NCBI GenBank assembly: GCA_964016885.1
Contig: OZ024741.1
Location: 56,234,001 to 56,298,000, forward strand
From: Eledone cirrhosa
Taxonomy: Eukaryota
Direction of reading: 5' to 3'
DNA length: 64,000 nucleotides
The notes under the pieces were generated by a model. That model was not told where the DNA came from, ran no database searches, and was given only the letters and a program-made list of their open reading frames with translations. The position numbers and the translations under genes are program-made. Positions 51,101-61,700 of this stretch are shown here, piece after piece. The stretch's first letter is position 1. The number at the start of each line of letters is the position of its first letter.

Positions 51101-54100
51101 TATTCAGACACATTATGTCTACAACTGCATTACCTAAAATATCCTTTTATAAAACAAGAAATGATTTGGGAAGAGTTTGGCTCTTATTTCTAGCAAGTCA
51201 GTTGACCATGTAAAGGCCCTGTCATTGGCATATGGCTTTCTTAGAGTTATTTCAATGATGGTGTCCAAACATGGCCAGTCAACTGACTATAACTACTAAA
51301 AGAATCATGTACCATATGAAACCATGTTAGCAAGATTCTTCAAAAGTACAAAACAGTATTATCACCCCTATTGTCTCCTTCCATAGACTTTGTATGAACC
51401 ACAAAGTTCAACCGTTCCACACTAAAACCTCCTAGATTCCGTTCCTGTGGTCGTTTTTGGTGACAACAACAAAAAGTGGCCAGTCTACACTGAAGTCTCT
51501 ATTGCTACAGGTCCAATGACAAAGTGGCTGATACTTCAACAGCTTATGATATTCAGCTTGTTGGGCATCAAAATCAGGGTCTGTTGCCAAGTGCCACAAG
51601 TTGCAGCTGGAGAAAGTGTGATTACATGTTGCATCCCAGATAAGGGGCTTACCACCATGGAATGAGAAGACTGTGATGCTATCAGATGAATTGTACCTGT
51701 AAAAAGTCCAGCCTTTTACTTAGTATCACACTGATGCTCCCTGATAATTAAGGAGACACATGTCTGTAGAATACTAAGCTATTTACATGTTAATTTAACA
51801 AGGTGGACACACGGTTGATTGAAACCCATGGAAGATACATAATGTTTGAAGAAAACTAGATAATGTGGTCATGAATGGAACAACTTTGATCAAAAACCTA
51901 CTTCAGGACTGACCTGGGGTTCAACAACAATTATAAACAAAATAAAATCAATAAAATTAAAATTTTGCAATTAATTTGACAAGTCACAAAGGGGAAGAGC
52001 AAAGACACATCAGTTGAGGGTTAAGACAAAATGAAGTCTTACCTCACCAGTAAGGTCCAACATGACAAAAAGTAAAGCTTTTAGAAATACAAATTGGTGT
52101 TGTAGGACCCACTTCTTTGGCATTTGTTCATAGAGGACCTTAATTGCTTGACATCTGGAATATTAAAAGAGAAAGAGATGAGATAGGCTATAACATCACA
52201 GGTTAATAGACACACATCAAATATTCTTTCAATTTTTTACTGGTTTCAGGCATTGGATTGTGGCAGTCATTTGAGCAATGAATTAAACACTTTGTTGTAT
52301 TTATTCTTGTACTCTGCATTCTGAGTTCAAAACCCATTTGCTTTTCATCTTTTCAAGGTTGATAAAAAAAAATACCAGTCCAATACTGGGGTCAATTCTT
52401 TCTCTCTCTCTCTCTCTCCCCTGGAAGAAATCAGTTGTGTTCAGACATGAAGAAGAGGGGGGTAAATTCTGGTAGGTTTAAAATGCTCAACAAATGCCCT
52501 ATGTCATTATGGTGCCCCTACTGGTCCTCCTGGAGTTATAGGTCCATATATACACAAATAAAGTACCAGTCCAAGGTGGTGGGTGAGCGGAATTGTTAGA
52601 TTTTTTTAAATTCTACTGTGGCCTACTTTGATGGTCGACTTAATCATTTGTCTGGTTTAACTACCAAATTTAGCCAAGTCCACTGTGTAAACATTTGGGT
52701 TAGGTTTTCCCCACTTCCTCATACCAGTCTCAGAAGTCCTAAAAATGGTCATGTACATTACCTTTCTCTCTCCAAGTAAACAGTGAAAAGAAAAAAAATT
52801 CAACCCATCTGTATCCCAGTTTTTAGAATAGGTATACTTTATCCCTGCATGTCATAAGAGGCAATAAAAAAAGGTTTGCATCTAGAAGTGAATCTGACTG
52901 TAAAATAGTGCCTCAAAAAGTTCTGTCCATAGGAGAACAAATGTGAAAGCAGTGATGATTACTATATGATTTTGATTGGATTGATCTATGACCATGCTAC
53001 AGAACAAACATCCAGTAACTCTCAACTGACATACAACAAAGCTCAGAAGGATAAAACTTCTACAGAATTTCAACTCAGAAGGCAACAAACTGGAATCAGT
53101 TGTCACAAAGTATTTTGTTTGATACTCTTCCAAATCTGCCATTCCTCCATCTTATATATAAAGATAAAAGTGAACAATGTCAACATACCCGCCATACTTA
53201 GCATACCAAGCTCGGTCGTAACATAGGGCACAGAGACGTTCTACCAAATACTCAAAAAACGGCAGCTGGCATGCCTAAAACAATGAAAAAAAGGGGTTGA
53301 GAGGCCACATATCGGTGAATTCACTACATTAAACACAGTTATATAGCATGAGAAAAGTAAACGAAAAACAATACAATACAATGATTATATATATATATAT
53401 TAGTTTAACATTTGATATAGGAAAAGAGTCTGAACGTTTTGGATGTTAGTCCTTCATCAGAAGATAGAATGAAGAAAAGAAAAAGTAGAAAGATAGATGA
53501 GAGTAAGAAAAGAAAGAAAATGGGGAAAACAATTTTTCAGTAGTAATATGTATGTAGTCAGTTTAAGCATGCTTAAAACAGTGGAAGAGGTTGAAAGGGA
53601 ACATGGCTGAGCAGTAGAAAGAAAGGGCTGAGAGGGCACATTAGAGGGGGTGTCAGCATACATGGAAGAGTGAAGGAAGGAGTTGAGAGGAAACAGAGGG
53701 GGTGTCAGCAGACATACATGGAACAGTAAAGGAAGGAGTTGCGAGGAAACAGAGGGGGTGTCAGCAGACATACATGGAACAGTGGTGGAAGAAGGGGTTG
53801 AGAAGAAACAGAGGGTGTCAGCAGACATACATGGAACAGTGGAGGAAGGGGTTGAGAGAGCACATTATAGGGGGTTAGTTACAATTATATTGAAGTAGGA
53901 TTTTAGTAGCAATAATGTAACTGTGTGTGTATGTGTATCCATTTTTTTGTTGTGTCCATGTGCATGTATACATGCATTTGTCCACCTGTGTGTATGCATG
54001 TGTATGGAAGAAAGATTGTCAGGAAACAGAAACATGATGAACAGCTGTATCAATGGCAATAATACAGAGGAGGAGGGGAAGGGGATGGAGAAGTATGTGT

Positions 54101-55049
54101 CATGGTTGGTACTTACGCGTTCTTGTGAGCCCAAAATTATTGTGGCAGTATTTAGAATGAGCATCAAAGCTACAGTTCCTGGTTTACAGAGTTCCTTCTC
54201 TTCGTGTCCCATCACAGCAGCTATAGCATCAACCAATATCTGAGTATCGATTCCTTGCAGTTTGTTCTGTTTCTCCCCAACTGGGAATGGACCTGCAGTA
54301 AGAACGAGATCATCATTATCAGCATTTTACCTGATGTCTAGAAAGACATGGGACATGGGACAAAATTATGAAAAGATGGCCTCAAGAAACTGAACTTCAT
54401 GAAGGAGATAATACAAAAACAAGATAACTGGCAATATGCTATAATACAAAAGTTCTGATCATATGTACAAGTACTGCAACACAGTGTGTTGGCAATTGGA
54501 GACAATAGAGGGTGTGAGAGGATGCTTCAGTCTGGATGAGCGACAACCTCTCTAGTGCTGGTGTCACAAAAAAAACAAAACACCCAGTACACTATGTAAA
54601 GGAGTAATGGTGCTGCCATAAAAAAAACAAATTCAGTAAAATGGTTGGCATTAGGAAGGGCGTCCAGCTGTAGAAACCATGAGCAAGATGGGTTGCACTG
54701 ATCCATTTGGTTGTGGACCATGACAACCTGTCCAGCCCATGCCATTGAGCAAGGTGGACATATGATGATGATTTTCATGCTGGCATGGGTTGGATGAATC
54801 ATTAGTCTGAGACCAGACAGGTTAAACAACCATGTCTTGCTTATACATTCCATTTTTTATTTGGTTTTAACAGCTGAATGGCCTTCCTAACACCAACCAT
54901 GTTACAGTATGTGCAGGGAGCCATTTATCATGGTTCCAGAGCTACCACCCTACATTACCTTGACAGTAATAAATATTAAACACAGAGGTGAGGGATATCA
55001 AATTTTTGTTTTTACATGTTGTGGAATGGCAGAGAGAGAGAGAAAGAGA

Positions 55050-55083
<34 letters not shown>

Positions 55084-58000
55084 CCATTGTTAATATTATT
55101 GAATAATTCATTCTCCAATTTGATATTGGAAAGAAAAAAATGTCAAAAATCTGTACTGGCTTCCCAACAAACAATCCTAACCACAGACACACCATGCAAA
55201 CATATATATTATCTTACATACACAAACATGATTTTCAAATAATTTTGAAAATTATGAAGAATCTGGAGAGATTTAGTAAAATAACTAACTTTCTTGTCAT
55301 TAACCCACCACTGATGTGTTGTAAAGAGCACACATCAAGTTATACCCTATGTCATAGTGGATTCTAACAAAGACATTCAAGGGCTAGGTGAGGGTGTGGA
55401 GTGGTAATAAAAAAAAAGGTACAAATAAAAGACATGTAAAAGACTCACCACATTGATGTGAAATAGCAACCATTGTGTAGTGCCGAACCATACATCCCAT
55501 AAATGAGAGGACAGGATTACGGAGTTCTTTGATGGCAGCAGCCACTAGAAAATAAATTACATGGAGATATTGCTTGATAATTGCTAGAGTTTTAAACATT
55601 TTTATGAATATTTAATTAACTTGGTAATTAAAAAAGAAGACACAAAGTAAGAACAACAGTAGTCACTGAGGAGGTTACATAATATGTGACGAAAGAGCTT
55701 TGACAATCGACAAATAAACAACCACTTGGTTATTTAAATAACCGACTGGGAAATTATAATAAGAAATTGAAGTAAAACTCCACAGGTGTGGTGTTTTTAT
55801 TGGCAGCATGACCCTCCCAAAGTATAACAATATTAGTAGTTAATGATTAATTAAAACTGTATAAAAAGTTTCAATTTCTTTTGTTCCATTTCTATATAGG
55901 AGGGTGTATTCATTGGAGCAGTTTGTTTTTTCTGTTCTATAACAACTGGATGTATATCTTTCCCACTGTAATTATAGCTTACACCATGCAAATTTAGCCA
56001 GCCTCTGATAAGGTTGCACCCCATAGGAGGTTTCTTTGGTATTTTAATGATAAGGGTGCTAATGTTATGTCATTTGATAACAGTGAAAAGTGGTGGGATC
56101 TGAAATCGAAATGCACAAAGCAAGAATAGATACCTCAAGATATCCTCCCAATTGATGCTCTAACAATTCCACCAAGCAACTACCTTTAATACTTTATTTA
56201 TAGAGTCATTGAGGTGCATATGAAAGCATATATATGTGTTTATGTAAAATAGACATATAAGTCTTGCTATGAATGTTTTAAGCTGTGATCATGTCACACC
56301 TATCTTAGTAGCCAGCTGAGAAAGCCAGATGCTAGAACTTCAGGATTTTTATCCATCATCAGTTACACTTATTCACTCAGTATTGAGATAATAAGCTACA
56401 GCTTATATATTTTCTGTACACAAACCATGTGAGATTTCATTTACATATAGTGTGAGCTTGACATGCTAGAATTAGCAGTAAGAGATGAAAGCCAGGATTT
56501 GGTGAGGGAGGGACGTAGATGATAGGGAAAAATGGAGAAGCTTGTCATGAAGCCTGAAAGGCTAACCCCTTCTCTAGTTGGGAAGATCGCCTTAAATTAT
56601 ATGATGTATTTACAATCTACACTATGTTTCCATCATCATCATCATCATCGTTTAACGTCCAACTTCCACGCTTGCATGGGTTTGGATCAGTTTAGAAATA
56701 TAAGTTCCTGGTTTCAATCTAATCTTGACTATATATAAATCAAAGAATAAGACACCTGATTACACGTTACTAATTAAAGAGCAATCTAATTGAAATATAG
56801 TTTACATATTTGATAAATTTGATGTAAATATACACTGTAATGATGAGTTTAATGATTATAGGAAAATAATAGTATTTCCTAACCAAACATTCCAGTAAGA
56901 GCCTGTTCATGAACTTTGCGTAAGTTGGCATCAGGATTCTTGTACAGGGGTCCAGAATGAACAGGGATGTCTTTTTCTGTGAAGCTGCAATGATCAGAAG
57001 AAATAAAAAAAAGGCATTTTTATAAAGTGAATAATATACAATGTTGCATGTGAGACATGATTAGAAAAAAATGAAATGAGTATATTCCATTGGATATGTA
57101 ATGTTAGTGTGCATGAACAATGGGGCACAGGAGGGCTGGGGGGGGGGGGGGGGATATAAAAGGATTCCTATGTAGTGTGCAAGGAATAAGACTGAGCTGG
57201 TACAAACATGTAATATATATAGATGGTGATCAGTAGGTAATGTTTAAAGTAGAAGGAAGTTAAAGGTCAAAAACATGGGCAGAAATGGTGAAAGCTGAAT
57301 TCAGAATACTGAACCTCACAAATGAGATGCTAAAGGAATATGACTAATAACAAGATGCTGTACTGGAGAGGGTTCATCCAACCACTGAGAAACATAGGTA
57401 TATGCTGATGAAGATGATGATGAAGATGATGATGAAACATGGAATTTTCAAAAGCAACATTTAGAACCTTCCTTTCAATGAATTGATTTGGTCTTTAGTT
57501 AATACCTCTGAGATGTAATTAATGTTTTATATTCTAGTACAGAGTAAATTATATCACACCACCAGTTTAAAATACACATCCAATCATTTGGTGCCTAAAC
57601 TGTGAGGTTAGGTCTAGCACACCACCCAGCAGCTGCGCAATACCAACATCTTGCCCTTGGGTGCTTTAACCCTTTCATTACTGTATTTCTAATGAAGTAC
57701 ACAACCCCTGTGTTTCAATTAATTTTGAAAATTACAAAAAATTTGTAAGTTATATTTAAAACATTACTTAACAAGAATTTCTAAAATAAAATTATGATGG
57801 TAGATTTTAATATAAGAATAAACAGTTTTGTATCATAAATCCAAGCTGGTTTCAGGCCATATGGTATCAAATGTGGTAAGCAGAGTTTATTGTGTTGTGT
57901 ATCAGATCCACTCATTAAGACATTTATTGGTCTAGAAAAATCCTGGCTATTGTTACCTGCTTCACACCTGAGAAATATATTAACCTGATAGCATGTGCAA

Positions 58001-58691
58001 CAGATATACTGACCTATTGTGTGAGAAGAGGTGTTGAAGAGATTGTCGGCTATCGTCCAGGCTCATGGCTGATACTAAGAAACAGCGAATCAATTCCCAA
58101 GATTGCCGCAACACAAAAGCATTTGTTGTGCTACATTTCAGGTTGGACAAAGCAGTGTCAATGGCCTGTGAAATAGAACAGAGAAAATAATATATTTCAA
58201 AGTAGGTTTGATTTGTGTCCAAACAAAGAATGACTCTCTCTCTCTTTCTCTCTCTCCAATATACACACATGTGCACAATTAGTCTCTTCCAGAATTCATG
58301 AACCACTCACACAATATGATCCTCTCCTTCAATCATGTTACATACCTACATTCTGCCAACAGAAGTGTGACAAACATCTTACCACACTTTTCAAGCACAT
58401 CTTTTTCTCTCACTCACGTGTGTGTGTGTGTATGTATATATAAACAAAGAAAAATATCATCATCATCACCATTGTTTGACATCTATTTTCCACGCTAGCA
58501 TGGGTTAGATGGTGAATAAGGTTCTTAATTCATTTAAAGCCTTACACTTGTTTCAACATTGCCACAGATCATTGCACAGTCAAAAGGTTGGAATAAAATT
58601 GTGTATAACTACATAAACACATTGAGTTTTATACAAAATTATATATTATATATTCTCCTATATAGCTCTACATACAAATTTTTACCCTTGC

Positions 58692-58723
<32 letters not shown>

Positions 58724-61700
58724 GGAGGGGGTATATCAAGTTTAAAATAGATATACCCGATCCTTGCATGTCGTAAGAAGTGACTAAAAGTGTTGGTGTC
58801 AAAACAGGCATCTGGCTGTGAAACATTGCCTCAAAAAGTTTCATCCAACCATGGAAAAGTCAACATAAAAACAATAACACACACATATACAAAGGAAGAA
58901 ATATAGTGTACATTAGATATGAACTTTGTAAAAGTTTCTTTCTTTTACAAAGAGGAAAAAATCTAACAAATTAATATGGGGTGTAGCTTAAGCAAGTATT
59001 CCACATCTCAAGAAACTTGTTCTGAAAACACCCATAACTCTTTAGCATTGAAACCGGCTGTATCTTGCCAGAATTCTTTCATCTCTTTCTGTTCAAATTG
59101 GCTGTAACGAACCACTCATACTAATCTTAAGGTATTGCTCTCAAAATAAATAACATCAAAATCTCATACATTTGCTATTATGTGAGGTAAAGCCTTTACA
59201 ATGAAAATATAATAGTAAATATAGAGTAATGTAAATGCTAAAGGGTTAAATATAAGTAAGGAGCTTCTACAGTCACACGATTGCTAGAAATAGCAGCCAA
59301 ATTACACACTAAAAAAGGTTTTTTTCAAACCTAGAGATTCATTAGGCCCCTGGACCCTTGAATTACAGGTACAGCTCATCAAATAGAATTTGCAGTTTTC
59401 CATCTACTGAATTTCTCTCACACGGTTTGGTTTGACTCAAAGTTATAAAGACACTTGCTCAAAATACCAGACAGTGGGATCAAACCTGGGACCTATGATT
59501 GTGAGGTTAACAAAACTGTTCAGCTGTTGTGCTGCACGATCATGAGTTGATGATTGCATTGGCTTTTATGCGTGTTTGGTGTATGTTGATGTCATGAGAC
59601 CTGGTGAGTGGGGCATTAAAAAGAAAGGAATCGGGATGAGAATGTAATGTCGGTTGGGGAACTGAAGTGGTATTTTTTTAAAATCTGACTCTTGCGTTTG
59701 CAACACAACCATGCCTGTGTTCACTGATTACTGCAACTTCAACCACATTGTATCAATTGGGAAGGCTCACAATTAATAATACACAATGGCCATGTGTATC
59801 TGGTTTAGAATAGGCACACCGTATCCCTGCATGTTGTAAGAAGCAACTAAAAGGGTTGGTGTCAGGAAGGGCATATTGCTGTAAAGCATTGCCTCAAAAA
59901 GTCTTGTCCAACCCATGCCAGCATGAGGAGGTCAGTGTAAAGATGATGATATGTGTGTGCATGTATATTCCTGTTTAGGTAAACCATATCCCTGCTTGTT
60001 GTAAGTGACTAAAAAGGTTGGTGTTAGGAAGGATATTTGGCTATAAAACATTACCTCAAAAGGTTCTGTCCAGTCCATACCAATATGAAGAAGGCATACG
60101 AACAGCGATGTTACATGGCAGTGAGACATGGGCATTGTGTGCAGAGGATCTGCGCAGACTGGAGAGGAACGAAGTATGCATGCTCCGCTGGATGTGTAAT
60201 AGTAATATACGTGAACAGCAAAGCATAAATGAACTAAGTGAGAAATTAGGAATAAGAGGGATCAGATGCTGTTTACTCGAGAGAAGACTACGTTGGTATG
60301 GTCACGTGATGCGCATGAAAGATGACAGCTGTATAAAAAAGTGCAGGGCAGTCAAAATAGATGGTGACACACACAAACAACTATATAGACAAATGGAATG
60401 TACTTACTTTCTCCACGGGTAAATTAATAGGTGTCTTGCAATCTTGAAATTGAAGTACAACACAGGGACCAACTGTTTCTTTCTCATTATAGTTGAGCTG
60501 AAAAGGGAAGAAAGAAAAAGATAAAATAGAAATATAAGAAATACAAGAGGCTGAAAATTAATTTGAAAAACTCACACACACAATAAAAAAGGTGATATTA
60601 TAATCTAGATTAATTTAAACACATATACACACTCACAGGATAATGTTATGATGGCTGATAACACACACACATACAAGACTGTGATATAATTTGTTAAACT
60701 TACTTGCTGAGGTTCTCTGACCATTTTTCGGTTACCTCCACCAAACTTTCCCAGGAGGCGGAAAGCAACCAGAGCAATGCTGTCTGATGGATTTCTTAAA
60801 GTACGCCACAATGCCTAGATAAAAAAACAAAACAAATAGAAATAATACAATCAAGACAAGACCTATGAAAAATTATAACAAAAGGTTTCAATATAAATAT
60901 GAACATTTTAAAACAGGCAGTTTTATATCACAGAACAGGGGTGCATTGGTATCAAAAGGGTTAAAATAATTTAAAAACAGAGAGGGTCATATGTACTATA
61001 CATTGTAGCAAAGGAGTACACATACACCAGTGAGGTGCATTAAAAACACTAACAAAATTAGTTTTACAAAACCTCTTCAAACTTGAGTAAGTAATTTCAA
61101 CTTATAGTTTATTCATCATCAACATTTAATGTTCATTGTCCTGGCTAGAAAGGGTTGTACAGGTTGTCACAGACTATGTCAGTAAGTCACCAAAGCTATT
61201 GATCTCTCAGACAGGCCAAGGGGTCACACCTCACCTATGTTTCTGTACTCTGCAGAGTGCAACAGGTGCATTTTATCATAGCATCAGCAAGGTTGTCCTA
61301 CCTTTGACACAATTGAAAAATCTTCTCAACCTTTGTTTAGCAAGTTTTCTATGACTGGATGTTCTTCCTATCACCAATCATTTGTATTGTGGTTAGATAT
61401 GAGGTTACAAGATGGTTGCAGTGAGTCAGACATAATAGCAATATTAAGGCTTAAAACTTGTTTATCAATGTTCGATGCTTTTATTTCATAGCCACTGTAA
61501 TTCTAATCCCACCATGTGTAAGTAGTATGATGTGGGTTTGTATAGAGACTGCAGTAAGATTGAATGTTTAATAAAAATCTAAATAACTTTAATGAAGTTT
61601 GGACTAGTAGCTAGCTAAACCCACATGCATGGTGCCTCGAAGGAGAAAGAGGGTTGAGAACAAAGTTTAACTCATTCTTTACCATGTTTCTAATGAAAGG